A stretch of DNA of 23,336 nt, from NCBI GenBank assembly GCA_031422435.1, contig JANPLU010000011.1, forward strand, positions 1 to 23,336, given 5' to 3'. Under the pieces are notes generated by a model. That model saw only the letters and a list, made by a program, of their open reading frames with translations, made no database searches and was not told where the DNA came from. The position numbers and the translations under genes were made by a program. Shown piece by piece: positions 8,880 through 18,428 of this stretch (its first letter is position 1; every line of letters starts with the position of its first letter). Source of the stretch: Acaryochloridaceae cyanobacterium VAR_48_metabat_390. GTDB taxonomy: Bacteria; Cyanobacteriota; Cyanobacteriia; Thermosynechococcales; Thermosynechococcaceae.

Positions 8880-10115
8880 TTAGACAAACCATTCTTCAAT
8901 GGCTTCTGCCTTCGTATTGGTGCGCCGCTCTGGCGTCTCGCGGGTAAACCGCATGTGAATCGCGCGGGTTTGCTCCCCATCGGAGGCCACCGCCATAATG
9001 GGGTAATCAATTAGCCCATCCTGGAAAGACATTTGGAAACGGAACGTACCGTCTGGCGTTAGCTCAATCGGGCGACCGCCAATCGTAACGTGGGCATCGG
9101 GTTCCGTTGCGCCGTAAACAATTAGCTCAGCGTCCGCTACCAGCCAGAACTGACGAGGTTTTGTCGGCAGCGAACCAGAGAAAAGACCCGCACCCGAAGC
9201 CGTTAAACCAGCACCTGAAGCGGTTGGCAATGCCCACAGCCCTACACCAGAGGGGAACACGTAAGAGCTAAGACTTTGCTCAGGCCCCTTGCCATGCTGC
9301 ATAGATCCGTAGACAGAACCATCAGCTCTAAGCGCTTCTGTACCTTGAGCAAGATTGAAAATCTGATCGTAAATGACATCGCCCACCTTGGGATAGGTCA
9401 CAACCGTCCGAGAGGGCTGCTTCAGCTCTGCAATGGTTTCACCCCGTAGATCAGCTTCCCAGTCCACAGTCACAAAATGATCGTCTACCCAGTCAGAAGG
9501 ATAAGTGGGCGGAATGCGAACGGCAGCAGAACGCGCCATCAGTAGCCAACGACCGTCATAGGTGCGGTAGCCAATTTCCACCACGTAGTCGCGATCGCTC
9601 ACCGGAATCGGCAAATACCACTCCCGCGCCAGCTCATCACAGGGATACTCCTGAACGCTGTGGGGCACCTGATGCTGAATATCAATATCGCTCACGTCAT
9701 AGATCCGCACCGCAAGCTGCTGACCACCCTGCGATCGCAGTTTTGTTTTGTGTTCGTTGGGGATATCCCAATAGGCGTAAGCCCACTGGGGGTCACGAGG
9801 CATTAGCACAATGCGCGTTTCACCATAGCCCTCAGGAAAATCTCCAAGGGTTTCATCCACACTTGCCAAAGAAGGGTCGTACAGAGCAGTGACACCCACC
9901 GAAAACTTAGTAGACTCAACCTGCTCTTGTGTTTCTAGAGGGTCGGAAATATGGGGCGCCATAGGAGTATCTATATTTCGATTCTGAACATCCTGAATAG
10001 AGGCTAGAAGCTGATCTTTTCGCATTCGACTATAGCGAGAGATGCCAACTCGACTGGCAACGCGGCGAAGCTGCCGTAGGGTCATTTCTTCTAACGGGGG
10101 CTGATCGTAGATCAT
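8880..10115 (-). CDS. DUF4912 domain protein with N-terminal Rho-N-like helical domain
   Basis: N-terminal LEEMTLRQLRRVASRVGISRYSRMRKDQL; YGETRIVLMPRDPQWAYAYWD; C-terminal FWLVADAELIVYGATEPDA...DGTFRFQMSFQDG. GGAGGT RBS upstream. Confidence 0.88.
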   Translation of the reverse strand: MIYDQPPLEEMTLRQLRRVASRVGISRYSRMRKDQLLASIQDVQNRNIDTPMAPHISDPLETQEQVESTKFSVGVTALYDPSLASVDETLGDFPEGYGETRIVLMPRDPQWAYAYWDIPNEHKTKLRSQGGQQLAVRIYDVSDIDIQHQVPHSVQEYPCDELAREWYLPIPVSDRDYVVEIGYRTYDGRWLLMARSAAVRIPPTYPSDWVDDHFVTVDWEADLRGETIAELKQPSRTVVTYPKVGDVIYDQIFNLAQGTEALRADGSVYGSMQHGKGPEQSLSSYVFPSGVGLWALPTASGAGLTASGAGLFSGSLPTKPRQFWLVADAELIVYGATEPDAHVTIGGRPIELTPDGTFRFQMSFQDGLIDYPIMAVASDGEQTRAIHMRFTRETPERRTNTKAEAIEEWFV

Positions 10116-10568
10116 GGGTCGGTAGACCTCCTGAGCTGGGGCAATGAAAAATCAAACATTTCTAAATAAGGTTTTGTTTATTCAAATCATCCGTGGGGAT
10201 CGATTTGTTAACAACACCGTAACATTTTTCTTTCAAAAGTCAAGACTCAAAAGCCTTGATATTATTAGTTTCTGCAATTTCCAAGATTTTCAGGGATCAA
10301 TATGTCATAAATCTGTGACTTACTTACCCTAGGCTAGCGTCAGAGTCTGAGGGAGTGAGGCTCTTATTATTCAGGTAGTTTCAAAGATAAGTAAAGCTAA
10401 AACGATGCTGTGATCTTTAAAAGACTCTCAAGGGTTGGAACTTTTGGAGAGAAAATCGTCACAGAGATTATGGATGGAGTGATCTCTAGCACTGCTATTT
10501 TGATTTACCTTCGGGCATACTTAAGTTCACCCTAGACAAACGCTCTTCTCAACCTATAGGGACTCATA

Positions 10569-10985
10569 ATGATTAAACAAAAGCTGCTGGTGCTTTTTGC
10601 CAGCGTGATTGCCATGACTGCGGTGCCTATGATGTCTTCAGCAATGGCGCAGTCTGCCGCTTCTACGCCATCTGGCGTTACCGCAATTCTGAAGCAGCTT
10701 AATTTAACGCCCGAGCAGCAAAAACGCGTGGATGAAATTCAGGCATTAGCGTCTGTTCAGATCAAAGGGGTGTTAACCCCTGAGCAGCTTGTGCAATTTA
10801 AAGCGATGGCAGAGGAGGGAAAAAGTGACATTGAGTCTTTTAATGCCTTAAGTCTCACAGATAGTCAAAAAACTAAGCTCAAAGAAGTCCAGACGGACAT
10901 TGCGCTGCAGCTTTTTCCGGTCTTGAATGGAGATCAGCAGCAAAAACTGATCGAGGCTGTTACCGCAGGGCAAAAAAGTCAATAG
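10569..10985 (+). CDS. Exported LTXXQ-motif (Spy/CpxP-like) protein
   Basis: Signal peptide (KQKLLVLFASVIAMTAVPMMSSAMA) and repeated LNLTPEQ, LTPEQ, LSLTDSQ motifs. Confidence 0.7.
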   Translation: MIKQKLLVLFASVIAMTAVPMMSSAMAQSAASTPSGVTAILKQLNLTPEQQKRVDEIQALASVQIKGVLTPEQLVQFKAMAEEGKSDIESFNALSLTDSQKTKLKEVQTDIALQLFPVLNGDQQQKLIEAVTAGQKSQ

Positions 10986-11011
10986 GCCTAGTATTTAGGA
11001 AAAATAAAGCT

Positions 11012-11050
11012 CATAAAACCTCAAGATCTGAGAAATCTTGAGGTTTTATG
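11012..11050. terminator. Probable bidirectional terminator between convergent genes
   Basis: CATAAAACCTCAAGAT-ctgagaa-ATCTTGAGGTTTTATG perfect 16-bp inverted repeat between the stops at 10985 (+) and 11075 (-). Confidence 0.75.
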
Positions 11051-11074
11051 CTGAACAGAGACATTTTGGCGTTT

Positions 11075-11719
11075 CTATGACTTGAGGCTGGCGTGGAAAT
11101 CATCCTGAACTTTGGTCGTCAGCCGTCGAGAGACCTGTCGAACAATCTGAGTGAGGAGGCGATCGCCCGTACCCTGAATCAGCGCATGGGGAAGCCGCCG
11201 AATAAACTTAGGGAACAAGAGCGCAACATCTAACTCAAGCGTCCACTCAACATGAGTGGACAGGTGGGGGGGTTCACTCTGTCCCACCAGCTCCAGCGCT
11301 GCGCGAAAATCAACTTGATAGCCTTTCTCTTCAGATAGCCCTGGGATCGTTTCAATTCGGTAGATGCCTTTTTCATCGGGGGGCAAAAGATGCAGCCCGA
11401 TTTTAGGCTCCACCTCAAATCCGAAGGAGCCATAGCGACCAATCGTTAGCAAATAGCCATGTTCTCCAATCGGCTCAACCGTCATTGGGTGAGCGCAGCG
11501 ACAAAACCACCCTTGATGGACATCAAGATAGCGGGCAACCGTCTCTGGGTCAGCATTTAGCTCCATCGCGCCCACAAAGTGACTATGAAAATGCACTAGG
11601 TTTACATCAGTGTGGGGAGCGACAGCCGCAAGCGACAGTTTTTCACTTTGATTTGACTGCTCCTCGGCTAAATCCATCCAATTCTCTTGCGACAGTGATT
11701 GTACGTAGTCTGACTGCAT
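11075..11719 (-). CDS. DUF1997 family protein
   Basis: YLDVHQGWFCRCAHPM, IGRYGSFGFEVEPKIGL, LIQGTGDRLLTQIVRQVSRRLT..VQDDFH. ATG at 11719 is preferred over GTG at 11764. Confidence 0.8.
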   Translation of the reverse strand: MQSDYVQSLSQENWMDLAEEQSNQSEKLSLAAVAPHTDVNLVHFHSHFVGAMELNADPETVARYLDVHQGWFCRCAHPMTVEPIGEHGYLLTIGRYGSFGFEVEPKIGLHLLPPDEKGIYRIETIPGLSEEKGYQVDFRAALELVGQSEPPHLSTHVEWTLELDVALLFPKFIRRLPHALIQGTGDRLLTQIVRQVSRRLTTKVQDDFHASLKS

Positions 11720-12198
11720 CGCGTTCCCCAGCACTTCAAAATAGCGTCTTGATATCTCTATCACTCCCCATCTGAGGCTCTAGTATGACAGTCGACCTAA
11801 TTTTTTTGGTGATCTAGACCAGCAGACGTTTTCATTGGGACAATACTAACAGTACGGCTCCTTTGTTATGCCATGGTTTTTGAAGAAAGCGCAAGACGTA
11901 TGTGGAACAAATGATGAAGCAAGCTCGACATGGGCATAAGGGGAAAACTCAGACTGATGGGGCTTTTTTATGCGCTTTACGGTAGACAATTCTGTCAACA
12001 GCCTGAAGCCTGTCCTCGAAGAACCTAGGGAAACGTAGAACTAATATCGTGGATTGGCGGTCTCAATCATCCCCCTTAAGGTGTTGATCAGAAAAATTGC
12101 TATCGTAGGGACAATCGTAAGGCAATGGTAATCGACCCGTGTAGACAACCGACTTACAAATCCGTACTGTCAAATTCATTGCTTGCTGAGGATGCGTA

Positions 12199-12561
12199 AT
12201 GGAGCGTTTGATTCAAATGAGAAATTTTTTGCTATTGGGCTGGGGACTCGCTGCTGTACTAGGCATTAGTTCAGCGCCCATGTTGGCGCAGACGACGGCT
12301 TCACCCTTGGACGGCACCCAAAGTGCAGACCAAGACCTTAACAACATTTTTAGCAACCGAGATCAGAGCGCCACATCACTGTTTGGCCTCATTAACAAGA
12401 TTCAGCTCCTTAATGGTCGTAATCCCAATGATTTTGCGGCTGAGCAAGATGAAAACTTTCAATCTGCGGTAAGTGATTTTCGCAAAAAACAGCAGGAGAA
12501 AATCCAATCTCCGGCAGTGCCGCCCTCTCCAGTGATTTCTACCCCTTCACAGCTTCCTTAG
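12199..12561 (+). CDS. Hypothetical exported protein
   Basis: Signal-peptide-like N-terminus (ending APMLA-Q), GAGGA upstream, Pro-rich tail; first gene of a closely spaced + strand cluster. Confidence 0.7.
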   Translation: MERLIQMRNFLLLGWGLAAVLGISSAPMLAQTTASPLDGTQSADQDLNNIFSNRDQSATSLFGLINKIQLLNGRNPNDFAAEQDENFQSAVSDFRKKQQEKIQSPAVPPSPVISTPSQLP

Positions 12562-12570
12562 CGCACTGGC

Positions 12571-14448
12571 ATGATTAATTTGCCGAAATGCACGTACGGT
12601 TTAGGAACGCTTTTGATGATAGGGGCAGCGGCAGGAGTCTCTACGCTTGCTATACCCGTTTCTAGTGCTAATGCCTCCGATCAGTGGTCTGCTGCGGTAT
12701 CGTCTCAAGAAGGGAGTCAGGTTTTCATTAATGGGAAACCGTTTACAGGCGCTTGGGCACAGTGGACAGATCAATACTCTGGACAGCTCACGATAGGCAT
12801 TAGTGATGGCCTATGGATGCGTCAGTTGGGTGGGGTGCTCCTAGACAACAGGAATGCTGCTGCCCTACAGAAGCAGCCCGTTCAGGGGTTTTCTGGTGAG
12901 CTAAAGACGCTCTCTACGCATTTTAACCAAACCAAAACCATTCGCTATCTTGCGATTTCTGAAGCAGCACGGCAGTGGGGGTGGCAGGTTGAGGTCAAAG
13001 ACGCAGTGTTACACATTCGGACAAGAGCCGCTGCGATGGTGTCTGTAAAGCTGGGTCAGCAGCCTTGGGGACGGCGGCTTGTTCTGACATTAAACCACGC
13101 TTCTCCTTGGCGAATGGCTGCGCTCACGAATAGCCGAACGGGGCGAACAGACCGTAAATTTACTATTGAGGTGGATGCGGCGCTCTCAGCTGATGCACTC
13201 AAAACCCTATCGGTTTCGGCGGGTGGAGGCTTAAAAGCTTTAAAAATCATTCCTCAACAGAATCAGACGTTAATTGAGGGCGTCATAGATGGAGGGTTTC
13301 AGCCTCAAGTTTCTACGCTAGACAACCCACCACGGCTTGTTTTAGACTTGCGCCAGCCGCTTTCTACCCAAACCCGCCAGATTCTTTGGACACCTGGCGT
13401 GACGTGGAAGGAAGCTGTTATTAGCCTAGATCAGGCGCAGTTTCCTGTGACATGGTTGGCCGTTAATCCGCGTCAGCCAGGACTCAAACTTTTGCCGTTT
13501 TGGGCAGGTAGTAGCAGCAGCAGCGTCGTCGGCATAGAAGGGCTAGCTAAGATGGCTCAGCAAAACCAGGCTGCTGCCGCCATTAATGGGGGTTATTTTG
13601 GGCGCGATCGCCAGTCCCCACTGGGCGCAATTCGCCGAAACGGCACCTGGATTTCGAGTCCCATCCTCAATCGAGGCGTCATTGCCTGGGATACTCAAGG
13701 CCGTTTTCGGGTGGGACGACTGATGCTACAAGAGCAAGTTGTCACCAGTAATGGTGTGACATTGCCCATTACATCGAGTAATAGTGGATATCCCCAAAAA
13801 GGGATTGCTCGCTACACGTCTATTTGGGGCACATCGTATACGCCACTGCTTAAAAATGAGCAGGTTATTACCGTCGTTAATGATCAGGTGCAGTCTGTGC
13901 AGCAGACTGCAGAGGGACGCACTTTTGCAATTCCTAGAAACGGTGCTTTGCTGGTGGCGAGAGCCGTGGTGGCGGGGGCAGCATTAGCGCCAGGGACTTC
14001 GCTGCAGTATCGGATGCAGTCTTCACAACCTGCGTTTGAGAGTTTCCCTAATATTGTGGGGGCAGGCCCTGTGTTGATTGAGAATGGACGCTTAGTGGTA
14101 GATGCGATCGCCGAGCAGTTCAGCCCACCCTTTGCCATTCAGGGAGCTGATCGGAGTGGCATTGGGCAAACAAAAGACGGCACCGTGTTGCTGGCCGTAA
14201 CCCACAACCGAATCAGCGGCGCAGGGCCAACCCTTAGCGAATGGGCGCAGATTATGCAGCGTCTGGGGGCTGTCAATGCACTGAATCTAGACGGGGGGAG
14301 TTCTACCACCCTGTACTTAGGGGGACAAATCTTAGATCGGCATCCCATCACCGCCGCGCGAGTGCAAAATGGCATCGGCATATTTTTTCAGCCTTTGACT
14401 CAATCTCAAGTTGGGTCGGGTAACATAGAGCAAAAATCATTAAGGTAA
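12571..14448 (+). CDS. Phosphodiester glycosidase (NAGPA-like) family exported protein with AMIN-like region
   Basis: AAINGGYF, GAGPVLIENG, RSGIG and ALNLDGGSST motifs; LDNPPRLVLDL AMIN-like segment; N-terminal signal peptide. Confidence 0.85.
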   Translation: MINLPKCTYGLGTLLMIGAAAGVSTLAIPVSSANASDQWSAAVSSQEGSQVFINGKPFTGAWAQWTDQYSGQLTIGISDGLWMRQLGGVLLDNRNAAALQKQPVQGFSGELKTLSTHFNQTKTIRYLAISEAARQWGWQVEVKDAVLHIRTRAAAMVSVKLGQQPWGRRLVLTLNHASPWRMAALTNSRTGRTDRKFTIEVDAALSADALKTLSVSAGGGLKALKIIPQQNQTLIEGVIDGGFQPQVSTLDNPPRLVLDLRQPLSTQTRQILWTPGVTWKEAVISLDQAQFPVTWLAVNPRQPGLKLLPFWAGSSSSSVVGIEGLAKMAQQNQAAAAINGGYFGRDRQSPLGAIRRNGTWISSPILNRGVIAWDTQGRFRVGRLMLQEQVVTSNGVTLPITSSNSGYPQKGIARYTSIWGTSYTPLLKNEQVITVVNDQVQSVQQTAEGRTFAIPRNGALLVARAVVAGAALAPGTSLQYRMQSSQPAFESFPNIVGAGPVLIENGRLVVDAIAEQFSPPFAIQGADRSGIGQTKDGTVLLAVTHNRISGAGPTLSEWAQIMQRLGAVNALNLDGGSSTTLYLGGQILDRHPITAARVQNGIGIFFQPLTQSQVGSGNIEQKSLR

Positions 14449-14453
14449 ACACT

Positions 14454-14846
14454 ATGGCTCCCGTAAAAGACATCGACTCTCTTACCGTAGTGCCATCTCA
14501 GCCGCTAGCAGCAACGGAACTGCGTCCTTGGGGTGCTTTTACGATCCTCGAAGAAGGCCCTGGCTACAAAATTAAGCGCATTGAGGTGAATCCGGGTCAT
14601 CGCCTCAGCCTTCAGATGCACCACCACCGCAGCGAACACTGGATCGTCATTTCTGGCATCGCCAAGGTCACGCGAGACAGCGAAGAAATTATGCTGTCTA
14701 CCAACGAATCTACCTACGTCCATCGGTTTGCGTGCCATCGGCTCGAAAACCCGGGTAAGGTACCTCTCGTCATTATTGAGGTTCAAAATGGAGAGTATTT
14801 AGGCGAAGATGATATTGTGCGGTTCGATGATGACTACGTACGCTAA
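14454..14846 (+). CDS. Stand-alone type II mannose-6-phosphate isomerase C-terminal cupin
   Basis: RPWG, KIKRIEVNPGHRLSLQMHHHRSEHW, HRLENPG, IEVQNGEYLGEDDIVRFDDDY. Confidence 0.9.
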   Translation: MAPVKDIDSLTVVPSQPLAATELRPWGAFTILEEGPGYKIKRIEVNPGHRLSLQMHHHRSEHWIVISGIAKVTRDSEEIMLSTNESTYVHRFACHRLENPGKVPLVIIEVQNGEYLGEDDIVRFDDDYVR

Positions 14847-14915
14847 TCTGCCGCGAGATTAAGCGTTATGGTGCTTTATCTTCAACTGTGCGTAACAAAC
14901 TAAGAAGAGCGTTGC

Positions 14916-15269
14916 ATGATTCGTCTAAGCACTACAGCCGCCCATGAAGTCAAGCGGCTTCAGGGGAAGCATCTCAAATCTAATCGTGGGGCCTTACGCA
15001 TTAGTGTGCAGCAGAAGGGCTGCGCGGGGCTGTCTTATCACCTTGACTTTACTGAAAGTGCTGAGTCTGATGACCAAATGTTTGAGTGTGGCGAGATTCA
15101 GGTGGTGGTCAATGGAAGCAGCCTAGCCTATATAAATGGCTTAACCTTAGATTATTCTGAAGACTTGATGGGTGGCAGTTTCCGCTTCCATAACCCCAAT
15201 GCGAAGCAAACCTGTAGCTGCGGTCATTCCTTTGCGGTTGAGTCTGGGACGCACCACTATCAGATCTAG
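14916..15269 (+). CDS. iscA: A-type iron-sulfur cluster carrier (HesB/IscA)
   Basis: GCAGLSY, LDYSEDLMG, FRFHNPNA and CSCGHSF cysteine motifs. Confidence 0.9.
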   Translation: MIRLSTTAAHEVKRLQGKHLKSNRGALRISVQQKGCAGLSYHLDFTESAESDDQMFECGEIQVVVNGSSLAYINGLTLDYSEDLMGGSFRFHNPNAKQTCSCGHSFAVESGTHHYQI

Positions 15270-15322
15270 GCTAAAAATCAGCAGTGCGCTGTTGTACTTT
15301 GTCGAATTTTGAGGAGAGTTTT

Positions 15323-15802
15323 GTGAGCTATCAACTTCAAAATCAGCTTAATATTTGGTGGCAGACGATTTCAAGTGAAGAAACCTTTAATACTTATCAA
15401 AAAACCATCCAGATAACATGGCAGATTTTGAAAGAAACCGCCAGGCTATTGTGGCTATTTTTATGTTTAGGCTTGGTGTTATTTACCTGGATTGGGGAGA
15501 CTACGCAGCAGTCAGGGCAGCAGCTCAAAACTTGGGTTAACAGCATTCCAGAACCAAAGGCTGAGCATATATGGTCTGAGGTTAGCACTAGACTATCTTC
15601 TGTGAGTCGCTCTAGCGCAACATCAATGGTTGCTCAGGCGAGAGAACAGCTAGGGTTATCTACCGTTGCGCCTAAAAAAGCGGCAGCGTTATCTTCACCG
15701 CCGTCGACTGTGACTAGCGTTGCTGCTCCCCCTGAAGTTGCAAAGGCTGAAGCCCTAAACGACACGACCGAGGCTGTTTCAGCCGATGCGTCAGAAGAAT
15801 AA
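15323..15802 (+). CDS. Hypothetical protein with one hydrophobic segment
   Basis: GAGGAG RBS (15311-15316) before GTG at 15323; hydrophobic segment LLWLFLCLGLVLFTWI; Ala/Pro/Glu-rich tail. Confidence 0.65.
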   Translation: MSYQLQNQLNIWWQTISSEETFNTYQKTIQITWQILKETARLLWLFLCLGLVLFTWIGETTQQSGQQLKTWVNSIPEPKAEHIWSEVSTRLSSVSRSSATSMVAQAREQLGLSTVAPKKAAALSSPPSTVTSVAAPPEVAKAEALNDTTEAVSADASEE

Positions 15803-15811
15803 TCTTTGAAA

Positions 15812-18319
15812 TCAATTTTTTGCCAAGGTTCCGCGCGTCACGCCAAGCTGATTGTGTAACTTAAGCTGTCTCCAAAGCTGAGTGCCTGTGATGTTGCCTT
15901 GGAGCAACTGCTGATACTGCCGTAAAGTTTGCTCCACTTGGGCAGGAGATTCTTGCAAAAACTCAATACGGAAATGGCGCGCGCCTGCATTAAGCAGGTG
16001 GGGCAAAGATTCTGCTCCTGTTTGAGCGCTGCCGTTAAAGACAGTATTACGACAGCCCGCATCGGCATGAAGGATGTGTTCTGAACCTACGCGGTCTTTT
16101 AGCTTCACCTCATGGGTATCGCAGGGTCTGCCACAATCTCGAAAATCTTTGCCCTCGGATAAAAAGGCACAGAAGACGCAGTGTTCCATGTGAAACATGG
16201 GCATGTGTTGGTGAATTGTAATTTCTAGCCAGTTGGGAGGGCAGCTTTGCAACAGGCCGCTAAGCTGCTGAATATTGAGGTCGTAGGAGGCGGTGAGGCG
16301 TTCTAGCCCAAAGCTTTGAAAGTATTCTGCGGAGATCGCATTGGCGACATTGAGCGAAAAATCCCCGATGCAGCGATCGCCTGCAAAAAAGTTGAGCTGG
16401 TCATAGTTGCGCACTATATACCCGTCTGCATTACAGCGACGCACCTGCTCTAAGATCCACTGCTCACCAGGTTTTGTAACGCGGGGCGGCGCAACCCAGA
16501 TGGTTTGATCTGAGGTAGTTTGATGCGTTCGGAAAATTTCAACGGCCTCCTGATAGGCACGCGGATCTTCAAATTCGCAGTAGAGGGTATTAACGCCTGT
16601 GTTTAGTGCGGCCTGGATTTGCTCAAGTTTCCGTACCAGTACGATTAGTTCGGGTTTGGAGAAAGAGAATGCCGACGGTTTTGGCAGCAAATCTTGAGCT
16701 GAAGCAGTGGCGTTGAGTATCCAAGGTTGAGGACGCGATCGCCGTTCTTCCATCTGCACCACAATCTCTCGCCGCAGACGGTTCAGCGCACTCACCGGAA
16801 GCATCACGTTGCCTTCTAGGGCATTGGTGAGCGTATCTAGCTTAAAGGGCGTATTGCCCAGCCGCCCCAACTGCGCCTCTAGTTTGTCGGTGGTGAGGGG
16901 TTGGGTATGGGCTGCACTGAGGGGAATCTCTGATTCGACTTGAATGATATGGCCTTGGGGGTCACGGGCGATCGCCGTTAGCACATTCCCCTCACTGCCG
17001 TGAATCTCTATTGAGATCAGCTGCTGAAATTTGGGGGTATCACCCTCATAGGTTTGGCGGAGGTGACGGTCAAGCTCTGGGTCGCTGGTTTTCCAGAGTT
17101 TGTCGCCGATGTGGATTCGCCGGAGATTAAGGCGATCGCGTCCAAAGGTCAGCAGTACGTCTTGCCCAGTCTGCTCAATCCTATAGATTCGTCCACCTTC
17201 TTCTGGCGCTTCAGGATGACCGTGATCAAACACCACGCCATCGCCAAGCTTGAGGGGTGCTTCCAGCCGAAGCCTCACCTGCTCACCCTTGATGTGGCTG
17301 ACTTCCCCCAGATACACACCTCGTTTTTTGCCAAAGCGAGCATGAACAAGCGCCTGGTTATCAATACCCTGAAACCAGCCCGTATGCAGCCCGCGCGAGA
17401 ACGCCATTTCAAGGTTGTAGCGATCTTGTGGAGCGGCGGTATTGCTGCCTTGCGCCATAACCCGATCAATCGCCTGACGGTACACCCGCGTGACGTTTGC
17501 TACATACTCAGGGGTTTTCAGCCGTCCTTCAATCTTGAGAGAGCTAACCCCTACCTGTATTAATTCTGGCAGTACGTCCAGTCCTGATAAATCTTGTGGG
17601 CTAAGGAGATAGCTTTGATCGCCCAATTCCAGAGCTTTCCCATCCACAATCAGCTCATAAGGCATCCGGCAGGCTTGGGCGCACTCGCCTCGGTTGGCAG
17701 AGCGCCCCCCCAAAGATTCGCTGGTAAGGCACTGACCGGAATAGGCCACGCAAAGCGCCCCATGTACAAACACCTCCAATGGCAGCGAAAGGTTTTGCGC
17801 CCCAAGCTGGGTCTGAATTTTATTAATTTCCTGTAGAGAACACTCCCGTGCTAGCACCACCAACTGACAGCCAAGATTTTGGGCAAACTGAACCCCTGTC
17901 GCACTGGTCACAGTCATTTGAGTTGAGGCATGGATCGGGAAATCTGGAGACAAGTGACGAATCAGCCGACAAATCCCTACGTCCTGCACAATGGCGGCAT
18001 CTACACCCGCAGCAATAATAGTCCGCAGATACTGCTCTGCCGCTTCTAGCTCGCTTGGGAAAATCAGCGTATTGAAGGTGACGTATCCCTTTACTCCTCG
18101 TCGATGAAGAAAGTCCATAAGCGAGGGGAGGTCAGCCTCGGTGAAATTCTGCGATCGCATCCGTGCGTTAAATCGATCCAGCCCAAAGTAGATTGCATCG
18201 GCTCCGTTCTCTACCGCCGCTTTAGCACAATCCCAGTACCCAGCAGGAGCCAGCAATTCCGGTCGCCTGAGCGATGAAAGCACAGAAGAGGCATTGGGTT
18301 GACTAAGGTTTGCAGTCAT
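15812..18319 (-). CDS. Peptidase U32 family Fe-S protein with DUF3656 (RlhA-like, putative 23S rRNA hydroxylation)
   Basis: PELLAPAG, GADAIYFG, HASTQM, LARE, EVFVHGALCVAYSGQC, NRGECAQACR, LSPQDL, LKIEGR; QLGRLGNTPF DUF3656-like segment. Confidence 0.88.
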   Translation of the reverse strand: MTANLSQPNASSVLSSLRRPELLAPAGYWDCAKAAVENGADAIYFGLDRFNARMRSQNFTEADLPSLMDFLHRRGVKGYVTFNTLIFPSELEAAEQYLRTIIAAGVDAAIVQDVGICRLIRHLSPDFPIHASTQMTVTSATGVQFAQNLGCQLVVLARECSLQEINKIQTQLGAQNLSLPLEVFVHGALCVAYSGQCLTSESLGGRSANRGECAQACRMPYELIVDGKALELGDQSYLLSPQDLSGLDVLPELIQVGVSSLKIEGRLKTPEYVANVTRVYRQAIDRVMAQGSNTAAPQDRYNLEMAFSRGLHTGWFQGIDNQALVHARFGKKRGVYLGEVSHIKGEQVRLRLEAPLKLGDGVVFDHGHPEAPEEGGRIYRIEQTGQDVLLTFGRDRLNLRRIHIGDKLWKTSDPELDRHLRQTYEGDTPKFQQLISIEIHGSEGNVLTAIARDPQGHIIQVESEIPLSAAHTQPLTTDKLEAQLGRLGNTPFKLDTLTNALEGNVMLPVSALNRLRREIVVQMEERRSRPQPWILNATASAQDLLPKPSAFSFSKPELIVLVRKLEQIQAALNTGVNTLYCEFEDPRAYQEAVEIFRTHQTTSDQTIWVAPPRVTKPGEQWILEQVRRCNADGYIVRNYDQLNFFAGDRCIGDFSLNVANAISAEYFQSFGLERLTASYDLNIQQLSGLLQSCPPNWLEITIHQHMPMFHMEHCVFCAFLSEGKDFRDCGRPCDTHEVKLKDRVGSEHILHADAGCRNTVFNGSAQTGAESLPHLLNAGARHFRIEFLQESPAQVEQTLRQYQQLLQGNITGTQLWRQLKLHNQLGVTRGTLAKN

Positions 18320-18366
18320 AGCAGGTGTTGCGGATAGGGCAAGGCATTCTTCACTGCGATCTTAAA

Positions 18367-18404
18367 CAAAAATGGCGGTGAAGGAGCGTACGCGCCTCAC
18401 CGCC
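18367..18404 (-). terminator. Probable Rho-independent terminator after the response regulator
   Basis: GGCGGTGA...TCACCGCC stem (18374-18404) followed on the minus strand by ATTTTTG. Confidence 0.6.
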
Positions 18405-18428
18405 GTAAGGTAGCCTTTTTCTGAACCC

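Noticed and set aside
10200..10230. Possible HLR1 or NtcA site upstream of DUF4912 (TTGTTAACAACACCGTAACATTT)
   Set aside because: Half-site spacing and sequence fit neither the 8-2-8 HLR1 repeat nor GTA-N8-TAC.
11765..12198. Long divergent intergenic region as a possible sRNA or small-ORF locus (GTAGACAA occurs twice)
   Set aside because: No convincing terminator, RBS-led ORF or recognisable RNA family; adequately explained as divergent promoters.
17054..17563. 169-aa ORF antisense to the U32 gene
   Set aside because: Shadow ORF entirely within a well-supported gene, with no recognisable motifs.
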